A stretch of DNA of 64,000 bases from Balanoglossus misakiensis (GCA_040954595.2 CM082594.2:9552296-9616295), one strand, 5' to 3'. Shown: positions 12,901 through 28,304, counted from the stretch's first letter. A program made the numbers and translations. The notes: a model not told the origin generated them from the sequence alone.

Positions 12901-15900
12901 TTTAGGATAATCAAATGTAAGATTTATGGGTGAATTTCCCGATTTTACCTCTGTTGTAAACATGGCTGAAATACAGAAACGGAAGAGTTGGGAACAGTTC
13001 TAATCACCGCTATTGACAGATCCATTAATTGATGTGAAAACCTTGGGAGGGTGAAAGGTTACAGGATATTTTTATAGCTTGTTGACCTACTTTTAGTTGC
13101 CGTGGTGAACTTTATCAGTCTTGGGGTGTGTGTGTGTGGTGATCATCACTGTAGATCAATTGCATGGACGGAATTCATGTGCTGAAATAAATACGCTCCA
13201 GATACTAGACTATAGTGACATTTTGTGCATTTTTAGGGGGTTAACTTCTTAAATGTAGATTTATTGTTTGAAAACTGCCGTCATTTCGAATACAAGGTTT
13301 CTTGAGAGAACATATCAGCCATTTCTGTTGGACAGAGCTCCAGAAAGCAATTACAATATCCTCGCCAGAACATAGATTGGCAAGAAAAAATGGTGTAAGT
13401 GGAGTTTTACTGGATGAAAAACTGTCCAACCAAATTGTCGAACCCGTAAAGATCAACTGGTGCTCACTTAAGAATAATTGCACGAACATTGAGATAATAT
13501 AATGACTTTAATCATTTGAGTTACTTCCTGTTGAAGCCCCTAGGGTCACCAATGATAAATTTCCTGTCTATTTTTAATATGATCTGCTTTGATTCATTTT
13601 TCCTTTCTTAAATTTCATGGGGATGTCACAGTCAGACAGTCTTTCACTGTTTTTTTTCAGAATTCACATACTTGACACAAAAAGCTATAAAAATGTTCAC
13701 ATCTTGTTTTTTGATCTAATCTTGCACACCGGTGTAACCTTCATGGTCAATTCTATGTCAAGGACTTCTTGGTGAGTAAGAGATTGTTCGGTTTGCAGAG
13801 ATGTCCGGTTTAAAGAGGTTCTTTTAATATGGAATTCTGTGTGGAAGGGACTGGAAAAGGTGTTCGGTGTAGACATGTTTCCAGATTAGACAGGGTTCGA
13901 TTAAGACAGGTTTTTATGCCATAACAATGTATGTGATTTGTACGTTCAGTGGTTTTAATTGCCAGTTGGTGGAGTCAGTGTAGATATATTCATAATCAAC
14001 ATCAATTTGCTAAGATTCTTGTTCATGCCTGCGCTTAGGTGAAAACCATAAACAGACTGCATGTCTCAGTAAGGTGACCTGCATTGGTGTCGGAGATTTA
14101 ACTCAATCACATGACTCTAAGCGGAAGGCAATCATGAGTGGACCTGCCGTGATTTCACAAACAGTGGTTGTTTTTGCGATGCATCAATAGCTCATTTCAC
14201 AGCTTGTTTGAAGAGGGCCTTTTCACTGCATTCAGTGGCCGCAGAGCCCCACTTTGCATAACAGTACAGGTAAACTGCATAAATTCTGGACATGTCCCGA
14301 CATGTTCTGTCACATCGGAAGAACTAGAACAAGTACTGTGAAAACAGGGCAATTGACAAATACCTTGTAGATGCTGGAGATAAAAGCAGGGGTTTCAAAC
14401 ACATGTGACTAGCTATAGTCGTAACTACTGGATTGAGCTATTAATAAATTCACCCACTTCAGATCGCAGCCTAACCTGGTGGCTGCAGGCAGGACTTTTG
14501 AGGGTGACTTTATTCGTGGGGTGCGATTGTTCTTTGATGTTTTGGCCACTTTTGGTCTGCATGGTCATGATGTACTCAGGTTTTGGCCACTTTTCGTCTG
14601 GTCTTGATTCACGAGTAAAAATTGGGTTGAGAAATTTGATTTTGGTTCTGAAAAATGACAGACGTGAAGGCCTACGGGTGTATAGCACTGAAGTGCGCCA
14701 CTTTGGTGAAATTGGCTGTGATCCAAGACAACCAGAAAGGTGAAAACAGATACGATCTATACGCTTCCAATGTGTCTTGAACTTTCATGCACTTACCCTT
14801 ACCTTACTCATGTTGAGCTAAAAATGAGACAAAACAAATTTGAGACTTCCTGTGTTTAAGGAGACCCAAGTTTTATCAAGTGTTGGGTAAATAAAAATAG
14901 TGGTATAACTGTCAGGATACTGATAAACTTCAGTGTGCACAGGAGGTCAGGAAAACCACAGACACTTGAGAAAATGAGTGTGGTATGGTGTTTGTGACTA
15001 TCAGATCAGATTGGTGCAAGTTTAGACATATAGTCAACATAAGGAGAAAACACAACAATAAATGTTGAAGCCATTGGCAGTTAATACCACAGTCTTTCGA
15101 ATGAGCCACTGAACTGTTTGTTTACAATATAGTGGTTGGGACAGAGAGAGAGGGGGAGGGGAGTGGAGAAAAAGATTGTGGCCTAAATTCTAAAGACAGT
15201 GGAGAGGAAACGAATTGCCACGGTTGAATGGAGTTTGCTTGCACTATGACAGGTCGTCAGTGGGGATATAGATTTGCATGAGAATGGAAGGCATTAAAGT
15301 TATTGTATTGGAACGGAAGTAGTGGCCTATAGAAAGGTTGTTTAGTGGGGCTATGAGTGTCAATGCTACTCATGGAGTCCAGTAAATACATATGCAGACG
15401 GAGGTCTCTCACTTTTGTTATTCATATTCAATAGTAAAACGTCATGTATTGTGAGACACTTCCTCAGATAACTTTAACTAGTCGATGTGTTTGTATGTGC
15501 CATGGGATAGAGCTTACTACAAAGTGTGCATGTACTGCGCAGCAGATTCAAGTGTCCATGTGTTTCGGCGACTTTTGATTTTGCTGTTGGATTACTGCTT
15601 GGTGTTTGAGTTATAGACATTTGAAGTAATTGTTTTAATATTGTGGTTGATTTCATACACACCTGTTCCAAATGACACGAGAATACATCAGGTAAGCGAG
15701 CAGTTTTGTTACAAACAGAACAAATCTTCAGTCCATCTCGAAAATTATGTATCTGATTGTCAGTTAATAATGCTCATTACATGACAAGAAATTTCTAAAT
15801 TACTAATTAATATACTGTCATAAATGAATGTCTTTTTAAATGTTGAACCAGTCTAGGAGGTGCATGTTTTCCGTAATCAGAGATTTTACAAGTTGGGACT

Positions 15901-18900
15901 GGTTTTTCCAACTTGAACGCAATGTACATTATCCTTGTTCAAATCACAGCTGTTAATTTCCACCAAACAGTTAATTTAATCATCCGTGGTACTGTGGAGC
16001 ATATGGATACCATCCATGTTTATATCAAATTCTACATGTATAAATTTCTATGAAGCTGTGCGCATGTAAACACAAACCATTGTAAACAACTAACCTGACT
16101 GTTTACTAGTGATCAAGTTCCTAGAATTTTGCCTCTACCATTACAGATTTCTGTGAAGTCACTTTTATGACAGTACTTTCTAGACCGGAATTCTAATACC
16201 ATGTTGAGTAGTTGTGAGACAGACATAACATACTTATTAATTACAATTATTGTTTCAACATGTATCACCCTCCATAAGATACCCCCCCCCCTTCCCTGGT
16301 ACATATACATATCTATATACAAAGTATAATTTAATTTGATAGAGTAAACACTTCCCACTGATGTGCCAGAGAGCATCATATCATAAATAAATTAATAAGT
16401 TATTAAATGTTTATGTCATCAGTTATGTAAGTCAGAAATATAGAATAAAACAAAAACCAGACAGATAAGAGGTTGTAGAGAATTGTAAATGAGAAGTGGT
16501 TATAACTTTATTTAAAATCGCTTTCCAGTTCAGTTACATTCAGAGCCATAGTCTTGTAAACAGTGAAATGGCATTAATTGAAATATAAAGGAAAAGGTAT
16601 TAAATCATGACAATCTAGCATAACTTTCATGTATACCTACTGTATATGCGTAGAATTTAATTCTATATATACACTCTTAGTGTTAAATATGATACATTTT
16701 ATTTCCATATCACATCATGATGGGAAGTTGCCTAGATGAGAAGAATTTATAACACAACTTGCTTTAGAAGAAGCACTGTGAGTCAAGTGCCACTCGTCCA
16801 AGTACCGGGTAAATGCTTAAACTGTGGTCATTTAAAGTGATGGGGTCAACAAACAGAATACCATTGAACTTGTCACAGTGTGTGTTATTGGCTTTGTAGG
16901 CACGCTGTTGTATTTCAAAACCACATGACAGGAAAGAAAACCACAGCAAAAACCACAATGATGTTGACATGGCCCAGCAGTCGGTATGAGTAAACCCTGC
17001 CTAGGTTTTTCCGGGATCGTTTCAGTGAATTGCTTCAGGAAGCGGTTTTTGTGCCCATCCAGCCACTTTTATTGAAGTTCCCCAGTTCTCGCAAAAGTTG
17101 CCACAATCAGTGCCTGCCATTTGACAATCTCAGTGACAGTGGAACGGTTTATAATTGGATTTTCTAAACTTAAGCAACTGCACAGTGTCAAACTGATTAT
17201 TATTTCATAACTGTGAAATGTCTATCTATCTACCAACAGCTCCTCTTCTGTGTATTCTCAGAGTTCCATAGTTACCATTGTCTAAGTAAGATTTAACGTC
17301 TTCCAGTTACCGGTACAAAGTGGTTTCTACACTAGAACTTAGTTACCTTGGTAACAGGAATGTCCAAACAAAGCCTTTAATATTAGTAAATTTTGAGGCT
17401 CAGTAATTACTTAACTATAGAAAATGGTGATTTCTTTGTCATGAAATTTCAAAATGGCAACAATGATGTCAGTGAGTAATTTGCATAATACTCAGACATA
17501 GTTTTGACCATGGAAATGGCCGAGTGGACTATGACATTGTACGGTTAATATTTACGTAATAGACTGACTTTCAAATGACCTTAAATGTCGGAGACCGATC
17601 ACCGAATTCACGAAATCACGGATTGTTGACTTACGCTGCACTGTGGCCTGGGTTGGCGCAAAGGTGACGGGAAGGGGAAAAGTAAATTACTTACAATTTA
17701 AAGGTGAATGGCGTGAAAACAAACTAGGGTTGTGATGTGGTGCGGTCTAAGAACAGACACCGCGGAAAACACAAGGTTCAAAGGGCGGAGTTATATGTCA
17801 CTGTACTCAAGGTTAAATTTTCATTCATATGTAGATGAACTTGTCAATAGTATCTAACCATCACCGGCCAGTAAGCGGTCTAATCACTAGACCCGTTCAG
17901 TTTTTAACTGGCACTCCTCAAGACTTGGTGGTCATCGGTTGTGTCGTGCCCCGACCGCGGCCTTTGATAACAAGTACAGCCTGTCTTAAAGTCCCCCTTT
18001 TTCGGCAGTGCATTCATATTGGCTGTGTCCTATGAACTTTGGATTGGAGCCAGGAGCAAGCCAACTTATGAATGAAGCACAGGGACAATCCTTCAGACAA
18101 TGGTCTATCTGCTTTTTATTTCACATCAGTCCTGAATTAACATATTATTTACATATTATCTACATAAGAAGTCACGTTTGCAAGTACCTGTCTTCAAAAT
18201 TACACGTTAAAAAGAGAAAGTGTTAAAAAAAGTTTGAGAACTGCTGCCTGGGCAGTTTGGAACCCAGAAATCCTGGAGAAATGTACTCATAAACATGATA
18301 AGCTGTGAACATTAACGTGGTAAGGGGGATCTCATCAGTTTGTTCGTGAGAAACCCCGCAATCTCAGGGATGTTTTGCTGCATTACATCACACGTTCAGT
18401 TGCTCCTAGGTTTAAAGGTAGGTGGAAATCTCATATTTACTGCTGTGGTGTTGTGATAAATCAAATGCCTGATTCTGTGATAGAATACGTAGAAACAATA
18501 CCCATCTAATCATCTCTGCTATCATTGACCACGCGGTACTCACGAATCTTTAGTCACATTTGTCCAGAATTTCATTTTGTGTATTAAACACATAGTTTTT
18601 TGTTCTATTCTCTACAACATGTTAAAGTATTGAGTCTTCATCTTGTCAACACATGGTACAATTAAATGTATCGATATTGTTACTGTTGATAACTAGATTT
18701 AAATTAAGGCTTAGACGCATGTTCAACTCTTAACAACAGAACTATAGTTGTACAAGATACATACTTTGTTAAACGCTGACTAGGCATTTATCTACCCTGT
18801 TAAAAAAAACAAGTTGATACACTGAACAAAAATACGGAAAATTGTCCAAAGCAAAATCTATTGCCTCCTTAATAACATTGTAGTAACCAATGTCCCTTTA

Positions 18901-21900
18901 ACCTCCTTGTGGTCACTGGCATACTGAGACGTTATCTAAACCACATTTCCCGTCCATTAAATATACATGTATCTCAAAACCACACTTGTAACATGATCAT
19001 CCAAGGCAGGTCGTAATTTCTCAGACCAATTACGGTCATTGAATTCTTTCCCAAGATGTGAACGTGAAAAGCGAAGCCCACTGCGGGTTGTGTATAAGTG
19101 AAAATATGTTTTAAAATCGGGACGAATTGAGTTAGTACGTGTCATAGAAATGTAAACAAATAAGAAAGTTTAAATAGAAATTTACAGAGTGAAAAAGAAA
19201 GACTTAAATTCTGTTAAACTTGTGCTGCTGCCCGTACATACCAAACTACAAAATAATAAAATTGATGAAGTAGTTTAAAAAAAAAAAAAAAATATTTGTG
19301 ATGTCTAAGTTGCAGTACAAATCTGTGATATAGCAAATTTTATCGCATTGATTTTCAGAATGAATGTTTTGATCAACAAACAAGACTATAGCTACTGAGG
19401 AATGAATGGTAAAGATCAGACTTTGTCTTATCTTTGACGTTATCTGTGTTGTCAGTCACCATGCTGGGTGTCGAAATAAGTTGTATCAATGCATGGAGTG
19501 GTCTTTAAATATTAGAATTTACTGAGTCTAGGTGTTGGGTTGCCTGTTTATGGCCTCATGGAGTTTGGCATAAGACGCCAGAATTTCCCTTTAATGTACG
19601 TTTGCGGGAGTGTTCGATACGAAGATGAAAACGTCTCGTGTCTCTGTTTGACGTTGGTTTTAAAAGAACATGAAAAATATCACTAGGCTACGACATAAGC
19701 CTTGTTGACAACAGCATATTTTGTCGGTTTTATGTCGTTTGAGAAAGTAAATGTCATGGATTTGTGTGTATGTCGGTCTAAGCACCGTCATTGGTTATTC
19801 GTAGAGGGACCGTCACTGCAGTTGTACGTAAGGGTGCCTGTGTAAAACGCCTTTTCAGTCCAGAATGACTGTTTTGTAAGTTTGACCTCAGGGTGACCAA
19901 AGAATGTTGATACCCAGTGTGTGTTTGAGCATTAAATCTGCCCATTGATTCCTCCGTTTCCATACATCTACATATCATTGATGACTTAAACAGCACGCAG
20001 ATAAATATCAGCGTTTTGGAGAGGGTTTAATAGGAAATTAAATGAAATAAACAAACCATGTGGTCTAAAAAGAAATTAGTCGCGCAATAAACATACTGAG
20101 CAACACAGGAAGTAAAGTCTCTTTTGAGAAACAGACCATCCACCGGAAATAATGATGTCATCTTACACGGACCAATCACAGCGATTATGGTCGTGTCAAT
20201 GAAACGGCTCAGCGTGTGTGCATGATGTACAGAGCAAACCTCATTGATGAAGGCTAAACTGCCGTGGTACTCTGCATGCCTTCAGCCAGTCATGCATACC
20301 GTGTGAAATCTGGAGACGTTGAGATGCCAGCTTCTAAACTCATGTCTATACCATAGATATGTTTCTCTTTACTGGTAAGACTATATCTGTAGTCTTTTTT
20401 CTGTGTGTGTCATTTCCATGGTAACTTTTAAGAAATATCATCGTACTAGACAAACGTCAAACATAGGCCTATCTACAGTTTCGTGTGCACGTATTCTTGT
20501 AGTGACGAAGGAAAGAAAGATGCCCAATTTGAGAATGGTACGAATCATTGATAGAAACGTTGTCAAAGTCTGTTATTATTTGTACTGTACGGATAGATGT
20601 TCCATCTTGTTTAATATTATGGAATTGTGGATCTCATTCATTGATCAGTCTCAAGAGAAATCTCAAATTTATGTGAAATTCATGTCAAAGTGCATTGTCA
20701 GTAAAATTACCTGTTTTGAAAATGACTTTTCCTCTCAACTTGATCATGTTAATCAGTGAAACTGTTGTGATGACACAATTGCGTTTGAAGTAGAAGGATG
20801 AATGATTTGATATTGACACATTTTTCTGTGAGCTTTGATATTCATAAAAAAGTTACTTTCAAAGTGTTGCTTTTTAAAATCCTCTCAATCAAGGATTATC
20901 GATACATGTATGTCAGCGCCAACATTACTAACACTGCAAGGAGAATTCCTACCCAGTAAAAATTTGATGGTTGAAAAATTATAAACCAAAGTCATCGACT
21001 GATTTGATGTACATCAGACAAATTTTTACTAAAAGTGACAGTTACGAGTTTTGCTGAACATGTGGAGATGTCGAGAATTGTGGTGAAATCAGTTATTTTT
21101 CAAATAAAAAATCATTGTCTGAGCAGCAAGTATAAAATGTTTTCAGAACTATTTTGATTTGGATTATTTTATTCATGGAAGATGTTCGTGATATTTTTAG
21201 TTCATATTTATCTTTGGATAATTAAGCTAATAATGTCACTCTTTTTCTTGGAAAATGACAATATCATCACTGTGTCTGCATTTTTATGCTCTCAGATGTG
21301 TATAGTGAGAAATGAAGACAAAAAAACAGTGATGATGGTTTCTTAATTAAAAACATAAATATATTATGAATTTTAGTCTTTTCTGAACCTTGTTGATTTA
21401 CATCACAGTGATTAATGATTTCCAAGACAGTGGAAAATGACATCGGAATAACTAGAAACTTACTATATTTTTTTTAAATCAATGAGAAGAGGAGAAGCTG
21501 CTATAGTACACTTGGCATCTAGGTCACTGTAATGTCACATTGAGGCTGTAGTGAGGTTTTTGGAAAGAACAAAATTTTCAGTTGGAAAATTTTTTCTCAA
21601 CAAATCTATCAGTTGAAGACAATTGTTCCAGTGTTTCTCAAAAGGGTTGTTCGCAAACTTGAAAATCAAAAGATCAAAGAATTAAATCGGAATTCAAAAG
21701 CTGGAAATTTGAATGAGGTTGATTCTTGTATACAACAGTCTGCCAAGATGCCTGTTATCTTCAACACTTATGAACATCTTGCAAGACATTCCTGTACGTT
21801 AAATCTGGCTTGTCCGAGACCATCTTGGCCTTCAGTCAATGTCGTATTTGAGTGGGCGAGTGACTGACCATGAAAGTCTGACGAAAAGCAAAAAAAAACT

Positions 21901-23400
21901 TGGGCCAAGAGAAGGGGTGTGAGATTACGGTTTTATTGACATCAACAAATCTACATCAGTTGAGCTGATATAGGGCAAGTGTACAACATAATACTTGACA
22001 GTCAATGTATACTTCAGCAAGTGACAATTATAGACATTTTTAAGAAATCACAAATCAGAATTATATATACTGAAAGACAAATTGTGTCACTCACAAATTA
22101 GAAAAATCTATGTATGTTTATGAGAGTCAATAAAATTAATGTATTACTAAAAAAATCAATTGGTAACTATGTCAAATGTTTCATAGAAATGTTTTAAAAT
22201 GTAACAGAAATAGATTTAATTTGTAGATAACTTCGAGATTAATGTTACATTTCAGCAATACCTTTAACAACATGTATTCATGTTATAAATAATTTAATCT
22301 AATATTTTCATTGTATCATTTAATCAATGAGCATTTGACGATATTTCTTTTACTTTGTACCCACCGTAATATTTGGCATCCCTGTTGCCATAGAAACAAT
22401 AGATTGCCACATTCCAGTTCAGCATGTGGTGAATTTCTGTATAAAAGCAATATATATGCATGCATGAACACATACATGCTCCAGTATATATATATTGTAT
22501 ACAATATACTCACCACACACAAACACAAATATTTGAAATATTTTGGCCATACTTCTAGGAACAGTACATTGAAATATTTCTTTTAAGAAGAAAATTAATA
22601 ACACGTATAAAGTGATGTTCGAAATTTGAGAAAAATAGAAAACTATTTTTATTGTTGTTGTTGTCAAAATAAGTATTCAAGCGTACTTCCATGTCAGAGC
22701 GTTGGATGATAAACTCGGCTTTTACAAGAGCCGACACTGTTACAGTTGAACGTGTATGTTATAACCCCGATTAGCAATGCTATCTTCAAGGCCACACTGA
22801 CCCAATCATGTGTCTTCAAGTCTTCCCCATCTCTTAGATTATTATATTTACACTGTAATTCTTGGAGTGGCTGGAGGTGATAGTGTTGTCGTCATCTTGG
22901 GACATCAGTGAAATTGCCCTTTTTTTTCAAAGCACAGCCAGGCTGGTTTCTGAAAGAAATGAAATATTATCTTGTAATCTTGGGAGATGGGTAATGGACA
23001 TGATAGATAATGGTATAAATAGTTATACTGTGGGCCCCATTGCCAGCTACTTATAACGTCACTTGTTCTATAACTGGAACTATGGAATGCGGTTTAATAT
23101 TGAAATACATAGCATGCTGTCTGTAGACGGCTGTCAGCATTGGTTGCCTGTCTTGCATTTCGTATCTGGTTACACTGTCACCCTAAGACCTCTTTTTATG
23201 CTGCGACACAATTTTTTTCCAGAATTTGTTTATATTGTAACTCTTCTTAATACTTGATCGAACCTGTGTCGAGTTATGATTTTGATGTAGATTATAAGCG
23301 CACTTAGCCATCGGTTGCCGGGGGATCTGGACTGAACAGATTTCGACCAGTTTCTGATCCGTGGATTTTTTTTATTTCATCTCTTGGTTCCAGCATTGCA

Positions 23401-26400
23401 ATGAGTAGGCAACATGAGAAGAATGAGGCTTCAGATCGTCATATCCTATCCAGTTCCCCGTCTCAAGAAGCACCGCTATGGTTTCATGGTCTGTTAGTCC
23501 GAGAAGCGGCTGAAGCCTTACTCTTGAAATGTCCAAATTCAAGGGCTGGACTTTACCTTGTCAGGCAGAGTAACAACCGTGGCGGTAAGCTGGCAAACTT
23601 TCTGCATATTTTTATGACTCAAAAAGAGTAAAAGCTGTTATTTCTATTAGCTGTTAAAGTTTACTAGATCTGAGTTATTGGTATGCTGTCTCAAAAAAAG
23701 ATGAAATCCATTTGTGTTGGCGGTCAGTAATGTTTGTTTTTTCCGTATTTTACTCTTTACAATGATTACTTGTGTAAGAAAGAAATGTTTGTTGTTCTTA
23801 GGAGAAAACCCACCATTAAAACCACAATGTAGATCATTAATTAGTGATCTAAAAACTGAAATCTTTTCTTGTTTGCAGTGAAAGACATCAATCAAATCAA
23901 TTATGTCAGTGACAGTATAGTATATACTCTTGGAAATGATAACTTAGGGAAGTTTAAATCGGAAAAGAATCCTATGCTCTTTGTAATAAGCACAAACAGA
24001 AATGTTCAGGTTTGATCATGTATAAGATTAAGTCTTCACGGTTTTGGAAAAAAAAATTGTAGTTAGGGGTAACAAGTTATCATAGTGTCTCTATGGAATG
24101 GCATGTTGATTGATAGACATACATGTATAGAGTGGTTTCCATTTCATCCTTCCATCCTTCCGTCCATCCGAAGCCAATTCTACGACACATCCGTATGGAT
24201 TTCTCTGGAAATCTTTGGAAGACAAATTGAATCGATCGATGCCGGCTTGTACATCTGTTTGTCATGATAAAACCAAAACATGTTATGATCAAATGTGCTC
24301 GCAAGTGTTAACCCTTTCGCCATCATGGTTTGGTCCAACTCTATTGTTTTCTATGGTAAAGTTGGACCTCTTAAGAGAGAACTGGGGGTGAAAGGGTTAA
24401 AAGAGGCCATGTTGTCTACATGTATGTGTTTCCTATAGTAAGTGAGGCAAAACGAACTTTGTGAAATTGCAGGAAAACCACCATGAAAACTTAATTTGTT
24501 ATAGCCATTTTCTGTGGGTCGATCAATTTCAGAGTCATATAATTTCTGTCTCGTTTCATCCTACAGGGCGTTTTGTCATTTCCGTGTGTACATCAGAACA
24601 TGTCAATCACTATCTGATAGAGACCCTGGAATCTATGTTCTATGTAAAAAGGGACAGCAGTCTTGACCGCGGACAGGACATTCAAGCCAGAGATTTAAGT
24701 CATTTATTACAGTGTTACACCCAAAATCCGTTAGATTCATCAGGTGAGTAAAATGTACTTGTGATTTCCGTGTTTACAACCTAAGTAGATCAGGGGAGAC
24801 TTCCCGCTTATGGCCAACTGAGATGACCAGCCATAAATGAAAATTCATTTTTTCTCTTTGACAAAAACAGAAATAGCTATATACGTATCAAAGTAAAACC
24901 TTTACAACAAATTGTGTCATATTTGGTCAAAAGATGAGCTGAAAACAGACAAGCTGGGTTTTTTTATTCCCCAAACTCCAGTGTAGGTTGTTGATATCCG
25001 GTCGACCTGATCAAAACACCCATTTTCTCGAATTTTGTCGTTTTAGTCAGCTGCTCTTAGAAATTCTCCAAAGTCTCATCATATTAATAATTCTACCCAT
25101 TTGTACTTAATGTTAGCATCATAATTGCCACTGATACTCAAAAGAGACTGCCATGGTGATAGCTTAGCATGCGCAGACACTGTCCAAGTCCCATATGGAG
25201 AGACTTGAGTTATTTTCAATTTGACAGACGGAATTGATAAACTGTAAACAGGATATGGCTAATGACACTTAATGAGATGACCTCTGTACCAATGTAGATG
25301 TTGAACTTTGGCCAAAGACTTTATGCTGATTAACTGACATATCAGACAGCCGAGTAAACATTAAAACCACAACTTATAAAATACAACAGACTTTAATAAT
25401 CAAGTAGATCATATATCACTATATTTTAAATTATTCAAATTTATTTTTTGTTAATTTTTTTAATCTTATCTTATTTTCAAGATAAAAAAACATGCTGAAA
25501 TAAATCTCCTCCCCAAAAAAATTGTTTTAGCTTCTTTGCTTTTGATTTTCTTGGGTATCTTACAGATTTTTTAAAAACTTAACAAAAGTTGAAATGACAT
25601 GTTTTCCATGATTTACGAGCGGGTTATTCACTTGCAGTAAAATGACTAAAAGACAGGAGAACTTTTGTGGTTCATACCATGGTGGGTATTTGAGTAATGT
25701 TGGTTTGTTTTGTGAGTATGGTCAAATATTGCATGTTCTTCAAAATGTCTTTTTTTTCAAACGTGTTGCAGGACTCAAACTTGTCACACCGCTTTTGAGA
25801 ACAACGCCAGTGAAAACCAGCGTTTCACTCACCGCGAAGTCGGAGAGCAAGAAGAACCATAACTACATACCGCTGTACGCCGATGAACGTGAGGTGGTCG
25901 CAATACAGGACTTTGAAAGTGATGATCTGCAGATGTTGCCGTTTGTTAAAGGCCAGGTTTTAACATTACTGCATAAGGAATCGAACAGATGGTGGTATGC
26001 TTACAATGAGAAGCGACAGATGGGATTCATTCCCGCGGCGTACGTCCGTAAGTTGTCGGAATCTGAGAGGGGGAAAATGGGATACTCAAATCCCTTGTAC
26101 AGTGACAATGACGAGACCACGTCTTCGCGGAATGAACCGTTCCGGAAGCTGAGTCAGGATTATCCGGCAACTCTCCAGGAATGTACGGGAACAGAGGATC
26201 TCGGCCTGACCTCGTCAGACTTGGATTTAAGTGTGGAAGAACTGCAGTTGGAATTTTACCGCGAAAAGTTTTCTAAGGATGATATTTATGTATCCAGCGA
26301 GTATATTACAAGTTTTCTCAGGGCTACAGAACACATTAAACTTGCAAAAATGCAAAAATCACACGACAAGAGAATTGCCAACCAGAAAGCTGCATTGAGA

Positions 26401-26643
26401 ATCTCAAACAAGAGACAATCATCAACATTTGATAAACTTGGAGTGACACCACCTTCAATACGGAGAGACTTGAAACCGAGACGTCTCAAACCATTACCTC
26501 CGACGCCAGAAGACAGTCCGAAGACGTCCAAAAGAGCGCCACCAACGGATGCTAAGGACATATATGCAACCGGTGATACAGAGTCGAGTAATTCTTACCA
26601 TTTCCTGGCAGACTGTTCATCTGGACTTAGTTCATCATTGTAA
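23401..26643 (+). CDS. SH2-SH3 adaptor protein (Crk-like domain order) with a Tyr/Pro-motif tail, ~410 aa
   Basis: Exons 23401-23584, 24567-24743, 25772-26643 (GT-AG, phase 1/1, 1233 nt). SH2: WFHG..R..AE.LL, GLYLVRQS, FVISV, HYLI, GLKLVTPL. SH3: VAIQDF..LPFVKG..WW..GFIPAAYV. No second SH3 or kinase domain. Confidence 0.85.
24308..24400 (+). mobile_element. piggyBac-like MITE, ~93 bp (copy in intron 1 of the SH2-SH3 gene)
   Basis: TTAA-CCCTTTC ... GAAAGGG-TTAA ends. The core CATGGTTTGGTCCAA..TTTTCTATGGTAAAGTTGGAC is shared with other copies. Confidence 0.75.
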
Positions 26644-28199
26644 CACAGTGTTGACTTGTGAACTCTAACCCTCTTACTAGGAGCAATCACACGAATGAAT
26701 AGATCACTCTTGGATAGGATTACCGTTGATTTCAGAGTTCTGCGGGACTCTCCCACAGTCACTGATCACACCCAGATTTCTTCATATTCACCGGTGACAA
26801 ACTCGGTCACAGTAAGGTGAAATTATCCCTTTTTATGAAGTCCCAGTACAGTACAGATCAGAAGTAAGTTTCCAACTGAGTCAGCCCTGGGCTAACCTAA
26901 AGCCAGCCTGGGTTTATAGAAAATTGATCACCTCATTGATCTCATTAGCATACAACTACATAACTGAACACATGCTAAATCTGGCTACAGGTATAATAGA
27001 CAGGCTGTACAAACAATAATGGCAATTAGCTAACACGGAGCTAACCCATTGTTAGCCCAGTGTTAGCTCATCAGAAAAAAAAAAAAACACAATCTGTACT
27101 GTAATTGATACAGTTCACCAAAACATTCAACTGAGAGGGGACACCGATAGGTTTGTCCACTTACCTTATCTTGAAATGACAAAATATGACACAACCATAA
27201 AGTAAATTTTATTCAAATGTCCAAGAGATTAACTGACATATTAATTATTTGTAATCTGATCAACAATTCATTCAGAGAGTCAGATTTAATCTGATCCTTA
27301 TCTATTCTATAATCTAACAGGTCTAATTTATCTGATCTTTAATCTGATCAAATCTATTTACAGAAAACTCGAATGAGAATACTGGTTTGGTCCTAAGCCA
27401 CTTCACTCTTGATTTATCAAGCTACCGTTTCATACGGATTGAAAATCAACTGAGATTATGCTTTAAGAGAACATCAGACACATGATGTGAGAATGATCTT
27501 TTTTAAAATTTCTTTTCATCAGTTTCTACATACGGTAATAGTTTTGTTTGAAACTGCAGAGACTAAATTCAAAACTTTGGCTCTGAGATTCTTCAGGTCA
27601 GAAGTAGGGCATGGTGACATGCATGAGGAACATCAACTCAAACATTTGAAAGAATTGTTTCCATGCAATACACTTCAACCATCTTTTTATTTTCCGTTTG
27701 TGTATACTGACGATAAACATCACCGACTTTGCGTGTAGTTCTTGCCAAAATGTTCGCTTTTTATTTTAGATGTTCACGAACATAGGAAACTAATATCTCT
27801 CTAAATATGTGTTCGGATTTCTGATTTCTCATTTGAATTTATGAAAAAGCAACTCAATGTAAGTCAGCTAAAACTGAAATAACACGTCTCAGAGTGTACC
27901 TAGGATCTTCTGTTGTGTGATGGAATGTTTTTACAGAATTTAATGCGTGTAGCTCACGGGTTGTCCCCCAGAATTGACTGGGTGACATTAACTATTACCA
28001 CTGTCACAGAAAATGAATCTTGCAGGCTTGACCACAGTCTCAGAAACCTGTACTTTTTGCAGGAAATTGGTTAATACATACCCAGGAATATTACCTCCGG
28101 CAAATCTGCCCTTTGTCCCAAACCCCTTACCTGTTGATACCGAACTTTGTCACGCTCAGATCATGGCATTAATTGTCACCGAAAGCCTTCTTGCCAGAC

Positions 28200-28304
28200 C
28201 ACACACACACACACTCACATACATACATACATACATACATACATACATACATACATACATACATACATACATACATACATACATACATACATACATACAT
28301 ACAT

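Noticed and set aside
14405-14743. Overlapping ORFs on both strands
   Set aside because: No domain or splice support; an internal TTTGGCCACTTTT duplication suggests a repeat fragment.
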